Assembly: GCA_964490325.1 (NCBI GenBank)
Contig: CAZBBX010000005.1
Location: 20,121-84,120 of the forward strand
Direction of reading: 5' to 3'
Source of the DNA: an uncultured Oscillospiraceae bacterium
GTDB taxonomy: Bacteria; Bacillota; Clostridia; Christensenellales; CAG-138
Length of the DNA: 64,000 nt
Below, one piece after another: positions 38,716 to 46,697 of this stretch. The notes under the pieces are model-generated. The model worked only from the letters and a program-made list of their open reading frames with translations. It was not told the DNA's origin and did no database searches. A program made the position numbers and the translations under genes. The stretch's first letter is position 1. Each line of letters begins with the position of its first letter.

Positions 38716-39636
38716 CTATGCGCGTGCGCGCAGGTATTCGAGCGCGGACGTGGCGGCTACCGCGCCGTCGGCACAGGCGGTCACCACCTGCCGCAGGGGC
38801 GTGTCCCTTACGTCGCCCGCGGCATAGACGCCGTCCAAGTCGGTCTTGCAGCGGCCGTCCGTGAGGATGGCTCCGTTTGCGGACAGCGCCAGCTCGCCCC
38901 GTACCAGCTCGCTGCGGGGCGTCACACCCACCGCGGCGAACAGACCCGCCGCCGCTAACTCGCGCACGGCTCCGTCCTTGACGTTTCGCACGGCAAGCCC
39001 CGCTACGGCGTCCTCGCCCAAGATCGCCTCGGGTACGCTGTTCCACACAAATTCGATGTTCTCCGTCCGCTTGGCCGCGTCCGCAAGCGCCGCGCTTGCC
39101 CTCAGCTCGTCACGGCGATGCACCACATACACGCGGCGGCACAGGGTGGACAGGTAGATCGCGTCGGAGATGGCGGTGTCCCCGCCGCCCACCACGATGA
39201 CGTCCTTGCCCCGATAGAAAGCCCCGTCGCAGGTGGCGCAGTAGGACAGTCCCGCCCCCGTGAGCGCCTCCTCGCGAGGCAGACCCAGCTTGCGGGGCGC
39301 CGCGCCCATGCAGAGGATGACCGCATCGTACCTTGCCTCGCCCTCCGGCGTGACGATCAGCTTTTCGCGTCCCGTAAGGGTCAGGGACAGCACGGAGCTG
39401 TAGGTCGGCTCCACGCCAAATTTTGCCGCGTGGCGGGCAAAGCGTTCGCCCAAGGCAAAGCCGTCCGGCCCGTCGTCCATGCCGGGATAGTTGTCTACGC
39501 GGTGCGTCTTGACGATCTGTCCGCCGGCAAACAGTTCCTCGTACAGCGTGACGGCAGCTCCGCCTCGCGCCGCATACAGTCCCGCCGTAAGCCCCGCAGG
39601 GCCTCCGCCGATGATCGCGATCCGTTCCATGGTCAT
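38716..39636 (-). CDS. trxB: Thioredoxin-disulfide reductase
   Basis: IAIIGGGPAGLTAGLYAARGG, the redox-active CATCDG and VVGGGDTA (NADPH site) are all present. Confidence 0.9.
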   Translation of the reverse strand: MTMERIAIIGGGPAGLTAGLYAARGGAAVTLYEELFAGGQIVKTHRVDNYPGMDDGPDGFALGERFARHAAKFGVEPTYSSVLSLTLTGREKLIVTPEGEARYDAVILCMGAAPRKLGLPREEALTGAGLSYCATCDGAFYRGKDVIVVGGGDTAISDAIYLSTLCRRVYVVHRRDELRASAALADAAKRTENIEFVWNSVPEAILGEDAVAGLAVRNVKDGAVRELAAAGLFAAVGVTPRSELVRGELALSANGAILTDGRCKTDLDGVYAAGDVRDTPLRQVVTACADGAVAATSALEYLRARA

Positions 39637-39825
39637 ACTTCTCCATTCTTTATTGCATCGTCAGTATACCACAATCGCGCCGCGTTCGTACAGGGGAAAG
39701 CGGCCGGCAACGCAATTTTTTTGCTGTTTTTCAATTTATGGAAGGAACTTCCGCATTTTTGCCGTCGATACTTGCAATTATCGTTACAGATGATATAATA
39801 AGCTGAAAGAATAGGGAGGAATTGC

Positions 39826-40794
39826 ATGAAGGTAGCCTATCGCATCCTATCCGGGATTTTTTTATGTCTGCTTTTGTTCAGTACGGCCTGCACGGCAACG
39901 ACCGATCCGTTGGTCGGCGACGACGCTTCTTCGTCCGAGGGAACGCGCACCTATACGCCTGTGGATGCGGCGGACTTTGCCGCGCTTACCGTTGATAACG
40001 TAAATTTGGTCCACAGCGTGTATTTGGCCTTTGGCAGCACGGAGTTCGACACGGATCTTAACGACATCCTTACGGGCTGCACCGCCTACGACGGCGTGCT
40101 GGACGTGTCCGAAAACAACGTGCTGTCCAAGAAGAAGGTCGCCACGCTGGTCATTCGCATTCCCAACGCCAAGGCGGACGCCTATCGCGACGCGCTGCGC
40201 GAGAGCTATTTCAACCTGTATTATGCCGAGGACAGCGGCTCTGTGGACGCGGAGCTTGCAAGCGCCAACAGCTCGCTTGGCTTCAAGGAGGAGGCGCAGG
40301 CCAGTCTGACGCGCATGCTTGCCACTGCCGACAGCGCAGCGGAGCTTGCCTCGATACAGGACGAGCTGGAGGCGACCGCGGCCGACATCCTTGCCTTGTC
40401 GCAGCAGATCGCTTCCTACGAGCAGATGCAGAAGTTCACGACCTTTACCATCCTGTTGAGCAGTAACAACATGGGTACGGACACCTCCAACGACCCCGAT
40501 CTGGTGGACGTGACCGACCTGACCTTCTTCAAGATGGTCAAAAATTACGTCAAGCAGCATAAAGTCGTCACGCTGGTGCTGTGCGCGGTGTGCCTGCTGA
40601 TCGTTGTGGTCGTGATCGTGCTGGCCGTTGAGAAGAAGAAGCGCGACCGCCGCCGCCGCAGGAAGCATAAGGTGCATACGAGCGAATCCTCAAGCGGCGA
40701 GCACCACCACCATCACAGCCACGGCATCCCCGAGACGGAACGAGGCGGCGATGGCTTCAGTACCGACACGGGCACGGAGGAGACGGAGAACTGA
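39826..40794 (+). CDS. DUF4349-like lipoprotein with C-terminal TM helix and a basic/His-rich cytoplasmic tail
   Basis: The lipobox is LLLFSTAC. A coiled-coil-like middle region is followed by a TM helix (VVTLVLCAVCLLIVVVVIVLAV) and the tail KKKRDRRRRRKHKVHTSESSSGEHHHHHSHG. Confidence 0.6.
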   Translation: MKVAYRILSGIFLCLLLFSTACTATTDPLVGDDASSSEGTRTYTPVDAADFAALTVDNVNLVHSVYLAFGSTEFDTDLNDILTGCTAYDGVLDVSENNVLSKKKVATLVIRIPNAKADAYRDALRESYFNLYYAEDSGSVDAELASANSSLGFKEEAQASLTRMLATADSAAELASIQDELEATAADILALSQQIASYEQMQKFTTFTILLSSNNMGTDTSNDPDLVDVTDLTFFKMVKNYVKQHKVVTLVLCAVCLLIVVVVIVLAVEKKKRDRRRRRKHKVHTSESSSGEHHHHHSHGIPETERGGDGFSTDTGTEETEN

Positions 40795-40815
40795 TCCAAA
40801 CCGGATAGATGTTTA

Positions 40816-40839
40816 GCGGAGCTTCGGCTCCGCTTTTTT
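40816..40839 (+). terminator. Rho-independent terminator
   Basis: GCGGAGC-TTCG-GCTCCGC followed by TTTTTT, 22 nt after the stop at 40794. Confidence 0.85.
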
Positions 40840-40844
40840 GTTGG

Positions 40845-41275
40845 ACGAAAGGGGGTACGTTGGTAAGGCGGGCGGACACGGCGGGGAAAAGTGAACAGTG
40901 AACAGTGAACAGTTCAGTTTGCTTTGCGGAGCAAAGCTACATTCATTAAGCGTGTCATGTGTGCAGGACATGCTTTGCATCCTGTTGCGCCATAAGCGCA
41001 GCGCATCATGGCAGACGAAGGTCTGCCGCATCATGCCGCCAAGGGCGGCACATCCTTTCCATCCGCACGGCGGGCGGACACGGCGGGCGGATGGTATCCG
41101 CCCCTACGGATGTGGGGGAAAGGGGGTTAAGTTGGCAAGGCGGGCGGATGATATCCGCCCCTACGGGATGTGGGGGGAAGGGGGTTAAGTTGGCAAGGCG
41201 GGCGGATGGTATCCGCCCCTACGGGACGTGGGGGGAAGGGGGTTGCGTGGATTCGGCAGGCGGATGTTTTCTCCA
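40845..41275 (+). repeat. Composite intergenic repeat, copy A: (GTGAACA)3 microsatellite, ~210-nt conserved core, then three tandem 58-nt REP-like units
   Basis: The core 40895-41080 aligns with 45150-45330 at high identity by eye. Both share GCTTTGCGGAGCAAAGCTAC...GTGCAGGACA(T/C)GCTTTGCATCCTGTTGCGCCATAAGCGCA...CGAAGGTCTGCCG. The tandem units contain GGCGGGCGGATG(G/A)TATCCGCCCCTACGG. Confidence 0.8.
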
Positions 41276-41329
41276 TAGCAAACGCCCCGCCAATACGGCG
41301 GGGCGCCTGCGCATGTGGGGGTCTGTGAG

Positions 41330-44131
41330 TTAATTCTTTTCGTACAGCGTGAAGTACACCGCCGTGCGGCTGTAGGTCGCGTAACCCGTGCTGCTGAAGC
41401 CCAGATAGACGTAGCTGTCCGCCGAGTAGCTCGTGTTCCTAAACGAGAAGGTCGAGCCGCTGCCTGCAAGCGTCCAAGTCGTAAGGCCGCTCGATGCAAA
41501 GGTCGGATAGCCGCCCGAGGTGAACGCCAGATACCCAACACTGCTGTCATAGAACGTCCAGCTGCTGCCGCTTGCCGCCGCCGTATAGGTGAACGCGTCC
41601 GCATCGGAGCCGTAGCTCGTGTTGTTCAGCGTGACCGTGCCGTTGCTGACGGTCGCGGAGACCATGCGCGGATAGCGGCTTGAGGAGGTGTTGTACAGCG
41701 TCTTGGTCATCACATAGGTGGTGCTGCCGCTGGTGTAGGTGATGAGGTACTCCTTGCCTGCGGTGATGCTCGTGGCGACCGTGTAGCTGCCGGTCTGCGC
41801 AACAGGCGTTGCGGTGGGAGCGGCGGTCGGAGCCGTGGTCGGTGCTGCGGTGGGTGCTGCGGTCGGAGCCGCAGTCGGCGCTGCCGTGACGATGCCGGCG
41901 CTGCCGTCCGTCAGCTCATAGAGCGTGAAGTACTTGGCGCTTGAGCTGTAGGTCAGATACTTGCTGCTGTTGAAGCCCAAGTAGACATAGCTGTCCGCCG
42001 TGTAGCTCGTGTTCTTGAACGAGAAGGTCGTGCCGCTGTTCGTAAGCGTCCAGTCGATCAGGTCGGAGGTGGAGCTTGTGTAGGTGGGATAGCCGCCCGA
42101 GGTGAACGCCAGATAGCCCTTCGCCGCATTGTAGAAGCGATAGCTGCTGCCGCTTTGCGATGCCGTGTACAGGAACGCGCTCAGGTCGCTGCCGTAGGTG
42201 GTGGCGCCAAGCGTGATGTTCGCATAATCGCCGCTTTCGTCAAGCGATACTGCGACCATGTACGGATTGCGGCTGTTGCTCGTGCTCTGGTAGGTCGTGG
42301 TCGCCACATAGGTGGTGCTGCCGCTGGTGTAGGCAAGGAGATACTGCTTGCCTGCCGTCACGCTGCTGACCGCCTTGTAGGCATAGTCGGAAGCGGCGGT
42401 GGGGGTTGCCGTCACCACGGGGGTGGGGGTTGCCGTCACCACGGGGGTGGGGGTTGCCGTCACCACGGGAGTGGGGGTAGCCGTCACCACGGGGGTCGGG
42501 GTCGCCGTCACCACGGGGGTCGGGGTAGCCGTCACCACGGGGGTCGGGGTCGCCGTCACCACGGGAGTGGGGGTAGCCGTCACTACGGGAGTGGGGGTAG
42601 GCGTAGGCGTCGGCGTTGCGGTCGGCGTGGGCGTCGGCGTTGCGGTCGGCGTCGGCGTCGGCGTTGCGGTCGGCGCGGGGGTCGCCGTGGCGCTTGAGGA
42701 ACCGCTCAGCTTGTAGATGTAAACAGGCGACTGACTGGCGCTCGAATAGCAGGAGAAGAGCGCGCTGGAGCTGTTCATCTGCAGCACCTTGCGCGTATAG
42801 CTGCCCTGCGAGGTCACGGTCGCGCTGCCGCCCGAGGCGATGGCGATGGACCAGGTGGCGGCGGTGGTGGCGCTCGAAACGGTCTTGAGCTGGTTGGACG
42901 AGCTGGACGCCGCTGCAAGATAGCCGCTGTTGCTGCTGTCATAGAAGGTCCATGCGCCGCTTGAGCCGCCCAGTGTCAGCGTGGCCATGTTGCTTGCCAA
43001 CTCGATGCTGCTTGCCGCCGAGGAGTAGCTCGAAAGCTGCACAGCCGTGCGGTTGGAGGTGTTCTGCGTGGTGGTCAGACCCCACACCGTGCCTGCGCTG
43101 CGAACGCCAACGATGGCAACGGTGTCGCCTGCCGACAGCGAGGAAGCGGAGGTGACGAGGGTGTAGCTGCCCGTGGTCGTGCCGCCGCCGGAGGTCGCCG
43201 TTGCGGTTGCCGTTGCAGTGGCCGCTGCGGTGGGCGTTGCGGTGGTGGTGCCGCCGGAGGAGCTGCCGCCGGAAGGCGTGGTCATGCCCGAAGGAATGCT
43301 CTGGCTAAAGAGCAGCCAAGCCAATTCGGGATAGTCGATGAACACGTTGCGGTTGCCCTGGATGGACTGCACGATGTCGTTCCGCTTCATTTCCCATTCG
43401 TCAACGGGATCCAGCTTCATCCAGTTGAGCAGCGTGGTCGTGCTTTCGATGACGTCGGTCAGGTTGCTCTCGCCCCAGCGAACGTAGACGTACAGCAGGA
43501 TACGCGCCACATCGCCCTTGACGGAATCGACCGGCTCGTAATAGCTGCTGCTGTATTTTCCCGCTGCGGAACCCGTGGTCTTGCGGGTCATGGTGGTGCC
43601 GCTTGAAACGGTGCCGTAGGGCTTGTTGCCGCGGGTGCTGTTGATGGTGGGATCCGACGGACGCAGATGGTGCAGGTCGCTGCCTGCGTTGCTGGTGGTG
43701 AACGTACCCAGCGACTGCGGCCACACATGCTCGCGGTTCCAGGTAGAGCCGCTGTCCCAGGTGCTGGCCACTGCATCGTTGCAGTAGAACAGCAGGATCT
43801 TGCTTGTGTCGGACTTATAGGTGTCGGAATACGCGGTCAGCGTGGTGATGCCCGAATAGGTCGTCTTGGTGGAATGCGTATTCGTCATCAGGGTGCAAAG
43901 CGTGCTCTTGAGCGTGCTGCCCGATTGCCCCTTCAGCGTGGAATAGGTGTAGCTGCCCGTGTAGTAGGACTGCGCCGCGCTTGACAGCGAGGTGCAGGCC
44001 GTTCCGCGTGTGCCCGTATTATAGGAATACGACGCGGCCTCGGTCTGCTCCGTCGGAACGGCGACGCTGAGCGCAAACAGCATCAAAAAGGCCATCACGA
44101 CGGCGATCCATTTTTTCCCCTTGTTCAACAT
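41330..44131 (-). CDS. Secreted Endonuclease-I-family (EndA/NucM-like) nuclease with long repeat-rich C-terminal extension
   Basis: The signal peptide is MLNKGKKWIAVVMAFLMLFALSVAVPTEQTEA. The Endonuclease I core is WNREHVWPQS, DLHHLRPSD..IN..RGN, KGDVARILLYV and GNRNVFIDYPE. Downstream are Thr/Pro linkers, 8x PTPVVTAT and repeated ~155-aa modules. Confidence 0.8.
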   Translation of the reverse strand: MLNKGKKWIAVVMAFLMLFALSVAVPTEQTEAASYSYNTGTRGTACTSLSSAAQSYYTGSYTYSTLKGQSGSTLKSTLCTLMTNTHSTKTTYSGITTLTAYSDTYKSDTSKILLFYCNDAVASTWDSGSTWNREHVWPQSLGTFTTSNAGSDLHHLRPSDPTINSTRGNKPYGTVSSGTTMTRKTTGSAAGKYSSSYYEPVDSVKGDVARILLYVYVRWGESNLTDVIESTTTLLNWMKLDPVDEWEMKRNDIVQSIQGNRNVFIDYPELAWLLFSQSIPSGMTTPSGGSSSGGTTTATPTAAATATATATATSGGGTTTGSYTLVTSASSLSAGDTVAIVGVRSAGTVWGLTTTQNTSNRTAVQLSSYSSAASSIELASNMATLTLGGSSGAWTFYDSSNSGYLAAASSSSNQLKTVSSATTAATWSIAIASGGSATVTSQGSYTRKVLQMNSSSALFSCYSSASQSPVYIYKLSGSSSATATPAPTATPTPTPTATPTPTPTATPTPTPTPTPVVTATPTPVVTATPTPVVTATPTPVVTATPTPVVTATPTPVVTATPTPVVTATPTPVVTATPTAASDYAYKAVSSVTAGKQYLLAYTSGSTTYVATTTYQSTSNSRNPYMVAVSLDESGDYANITLGATTYGSDLSAFLYTASQSGSSYRFYNAAKGYLAFTSGGYPTYTSSTSDLIDWTLTNSGTTFSFKNTSYTADSYVYLGFNSSKYLTYSSSAKYFTLYELTDGSAGIVTAAPTAAPTAAPTAAPTTAPTAAPTATPVAQTGSYTVATSITAGKEYLITYTSGSTTYVMTKTLYNTSSSRYPRMVSATVSNGTVTLNNTSYGSDADAFTYTAAASGSSWTFYDSSVGYLAFTSGGYPTFASSGLTTWTLAGSGSTFSFRNTSYSADSYVYLGFSSTGYATYSRTAVYFTLYEKN
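42398..42590 (-). repeat. Eight in-frame tandem copies of a 24-nt unit (encodes TPTPVVTA) inside the nuclease gene
   Basis: The plus strand reads GGTGGGGGTTGCCGTCACCACGGG x8 with a few third-position variants. It is flanked by a (PT)n/(TPTATP)n tract up to about 42680. Confidence 0.9.
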
Positions 44132-44178
44132 GAAAGATGCTCCTTCTTCTGACTTCGTTCTTTGCCGAACTATATATC

Positions 44179-44207
44179 ATGATAAAAGGGATAAGTTGTA
44201 TAGTCAA
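44179..44207 (-). promoter_or_regulatory. Candidate sigma-A promoter for the nuclease gene
   Basis: The minus strand has TTGACT (44207-44202), a 17-nt spacer, then TATCAT (44184-44179), within an AT-rich 285-nt intergenic region. Confidence 0.45.
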
Positions 44208-44416
44208 GTATGCTACGCAGTATATCTGCATAATTTCTCAACAAATTTTACCATTTTTCACGCATAAGCCAGTTTTGCGCATTTTTAAGCCTATTTTAAT
44301 GCTTTTTGTGCTGTATCCGTATTCGTATAGATGAATAAATTCTCTGTCCTCTTGCGGGAAACGTTCGCCGGTGGTACACTGGCTGCACAGGAAAAGCAAC
44401 ACTTTGGGAGGCGCGG

Positions 44417-44983
44417 ATGACGGACGAACGAAGCAGCGGACGATACACGTTCCGCAAGACGGAACGCGGCGATTTGGCGGCCATCATGACCTTGGTCGGC
44501 GAGGCGCAGCGGTATATTGCGCATTTTGGCATCGATCAATGGCAGGACGGCTATCCGCAGGCGGAGCTGTTTGTTGCAGACATGGCGGCGGGGAGCAGCT
44601 ATGTCTTTTTGGAGGGGGACGCGGTGCGCGCCACGGCTGCCCTGTCCTTGGCGCACGAGGCGGACTACGATCAAACGGACAGCGGCGGCTGGGTCTGCAG
44701 CGGGCCTTACGCGGTGATCCATCGGCTGGCCTTGGCGGACGCAGCGCGGGGCACTGGGCTGATCGACGAGATCTTCTCCGTCATGGAGGGACTTGCGGCC
44801 GAGGCAGGCCGCAGCGGCCTTAGGATCGACACGCATGCGGGGAACCTTGCCATGCGCGCCGTGCTGCGGCGCAACGGTTTTTGCTATCGGGGCGAGATCC
44901 GCATCTATCGCGGCACGTCCTATGAAAAACCCCGCGTGATCTATGAAAAGCAGCTGTCATCCTCAGTCGAGCGCGGGTCTTGA
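44417..44983 (+). CDS. GNAT-family N-acetyltransferase
   Basis: The 188-aa ORF has GGGAGG upstream. The acetyl-CoA-binding-like segment is IHRLALADAARGTGLIDEIF (R/Q-x-x-G-x-G/A pattern), and NLAMRAVLRRNGF matches the GNAT alpha4 region. Confidence 0.8.
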   Translation: MTDERSSGRYTFRKTERGDLAAIMTLVGEAQRYIAHFGIDQWQDGYPQAELFVADMAAGSSYVFLEGDAVRATAALSLAHEADYDQTDSGGWVCSGPYAVIHRLALADAARGTGLIDEIFSVMEGLAAEAGRSGLRIDTHAGNLAMRAVLRRNGFCYRGEIRIYRGTSYEKPRVIYEKQLSSSVERGS

Positions 44984-44989
44984 GCCTTG

Positions 44990-45480
44990 GCGGGCGGTAC
45001 GGCGGGCGGAGGCTCCGATATCCAAGACCCGTGGGGAGTTGGCATTTGCCTCCTTTTAATGGAAGATGTTATTTCCCTCCTATTAATGGAAATTGTAGGG
45101 GCGGATAGTATCCGCCCGCAGAAGTGCGAGTAGCAGCAAACAGGGAACAGTGGACAGTGAACAGGGAACAGTTCAGGATGCTTTGCGGAGCAAAGCTACC
45201 TGAATTAAGTGTGTCTTGCGTGCAGGACACGCTTTGCATCCTGTTGCGCCATAAGCGCAACACATCACAGCACACGAAGGTCTGCCGGATCATGTCGCCA
45301 ACGGCGGTGCATCATTTCCGTCCACACGGCGGGCGGATGATATCCGCCCCTACGGGATGTGGGGAAAAGAGGGTTGCATTGACACGGCGGGCGGATGGTA
45401 TCCGCCCCTACGGATGTGGGGGAAAGTCGGTCACGCGGACACGGCGGGCGGATGGTATCCGCCCCTACGGATAACGGAGA
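44990..45480 (+). repeat. Composite intergenic repeat, copy B (direct orientation relative to copy A), with one inverted REP unit at its 5' side and three REP units at its 3' side
   Basis: The inverted unit GTAGGGGCGGATAGTATCCGCCCGC lies at about 45091-45115. The core is homologous to copy A. REP units are at about 45328-45360, 45388-45420 and 45440-45472. Confidence 0.8.
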
Positions 45481-45580
45481 AATCACGACCGAAGGATATT
45501 GCACTTTCATCCACCATGCGGACGGATACTCTGCCGCCTTTTCACATAGGATGCAGCAAGGGCTTGGGGGAGGCGTTTTG

Positions 45581-46471
45581 ATGGGTCGAAGAATGGGGGC
45601 GTTGGGACTTATCCTGTGTCTGCTGCTGTGCGCCTGTGCGCCCTCCCCTTCGCCAAACGCAGCCGCGACCACCGCACAAAGCCTTGCCTCTGCCCTCCCC
45701 ACCCAAGCGGAAAGTCCCCGTGCCCTGCGTGCAAGGGAGCTGCTTGCCTTGGAAAAGGCCTATCTGATCGAGCATCCCGTCGAGGGCAAGGACTTGGACG
45801 AGCAGCTGCGCCTGCTGACCATCGACCCCAATAAGCCCATGGTCGCGCTGACCTTTGACGATGGTCCCAGCCGCAAATGCACCACGCGCATTTTGGACGT
45901 CTTGGAGAAATACGGCGGACGAGCGACCTTTTTTGTGGTGGGCGACCGCATCGAGGATCACATTGCCCTGATCGACCGCGCCATCTCTCTCAACTGCGAG
46001 ATCGGCAACCACACCTTTGAGCATGAAGATTACACCGAACGCAGCGAGAGCCAGCTTGTTTTGAGCCTGTCAAAGACGGACGCGCTGATGCGCTCCACCT
46101 TTGGTTATGTGATGCGGCTGTATCGTCCCACCTACGGCGGGGTCTCCGCGCATGTGTACAAGGGGGCAGCAAGCTATGGCTATCCCATCGTGCTGTGGAC
46201 CTGCAGCACCCACGACTGGAGCACGGAGGACGCTAAAAAGGTGTATGCCTGCGCCCTGAACGCTGCCGCAGACGGGGCGATCATTCTGTTTCACGACCTG
46301 TATACCTCCACCGCCAAGGCCATTGAGCTGTTGGTTCCGCAGCTGATCGAGCAGGGCTATCAGCTGGTGACGGTCTCGGAGCTGCTGTACTTTGCGGACG
46401 AGACGCCAAAGGCGGGGGAACGCTTCGGGGGCTTGGTAGAGCAGTTCAAAGAGGACGCCGCGCAGGACTGA
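45581..46471 (+). CDS. Polysaccharide deacetylase (NodB homology domain) lipoprotein
   Basis: The ATG at 45581 follows GGGGGAGG. The lipobox is LILCLLLCAC. NodB motifs are LTFDDGP, GNHTFEH, LYRPTYGG and ILFHD. Confidence 0.85.
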   Translation: MGRRMGALGLILCLLLCACAPSPSPNAAATTAQSLASALPTQAESPRALRARELLALEKAYLIEHPVEGKDLDEQLRLLTIDPNKPMVALTFDDGPSRKCTTRILDVLEKYGGRATFFVVGDRIEDHIALIDRAISLNCEIGNHTFEHEDYTERSESQLVLSLSKTDALMRSTFGYVMRLYRPTYGGVSAHVYKGAASYGYPIVLWTCSTHDWSTEDAKKVYACALNAAADGAIILFHDLYTSTAKAIELLVPQLIEQGYQLVTVSELLYFADETPKAGERFGGLVEQFKEDAAQD

Positions 46472-46551
46472 CGGGTGTGTGGCTGTTGTGCTGTGAGACG
46501 GAAACGTCCAAGGCGGGGGAACGCTTCGGGGGTCTCCCACAAGTTTGCATC

Positions 46552-46585
46552 AAAAAGGGGCGGCCGTTTCGCCGTCCCTTTTGAG
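46552..46585 (+). terminator. Terminator hairpin, copy 1 (plus-strand oriented, after the deacetylase gene)
   Basis: AAAAGGGGCGGC-cgtttc-GCCGTCCCTTTTGAG, an 8-bp stem containing one G-U pair. Confidence 0.6.
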
Positions 46586-46651
46586 TGTCTGTCGATGGGC
46601 AAGGAAAGTCCTGCCGCAGCAGGCTCGCCAAACACATTGGTTCTTGCGGAC

Positions 46652-46685
46652 GAAAAGGGGCGGTCGTTTCGCCGTCCCTTGCCTG
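46652..46685 (-). terminator. Terminator hairpin, copy 2 (serves the minus-strand DUF4956 operon)
   Basis: The hairpin is nearly identical to copy 1 (GGGGCGGTcgtttcGCCGTCCC). On the minus strand it is followed by CTTTTCG and lies 13 nt after the stop at 46698. Confidence 0.55.
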
Positions 46686-46697
46686 CAAGCTTTTTCC

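Noticed and set aside
38708-39046. N-terminal extensions proposed by the ORF track (nth 331 aa, CotH 1120 aa, recF 394 aa, gdhA 467 aa, ABC permease 568 aa, uvrC 638 aa, xth 267 aa and others)
   Set aside because: The extensions overlap upstream genes or lack an RBS. Internal starts with good Shine-Dalgarno sites coincide with the conserved N-termini of each family.
41080-41262. Possible CRISPR array (regularly spaced GC-rich palindromes); the same applies to 45328-45472
   Set aside because: The whole 58-nt unit repeats, including the would-be spacer segments, so there are no unique spacers. There are only 3 units, and no cas genes are in the window.
40898-41333. ORFs reading through REP arrays (40898-41188, 40959-41333, 45124-45474, 27231-27647, N-terminal part of 45395-46471) that give the peptides RADGIRPYG and GRMVSAPT
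   Set aside because: They are translations of the palindromic intergenic repeat units. They lack an RBS, and both strands give similar repeated peptides because the sequence is palindromic.
42399-42716. Plus-strand ORF MGVAVTTGVGVAVTTG… and the neighbouring Arg/Gly-rich ORF 42155-42697
   Set aside because: These are antisense or alternate-frame readings of the TPTPVVTA and PT linker repeats inside the nuclease gene.
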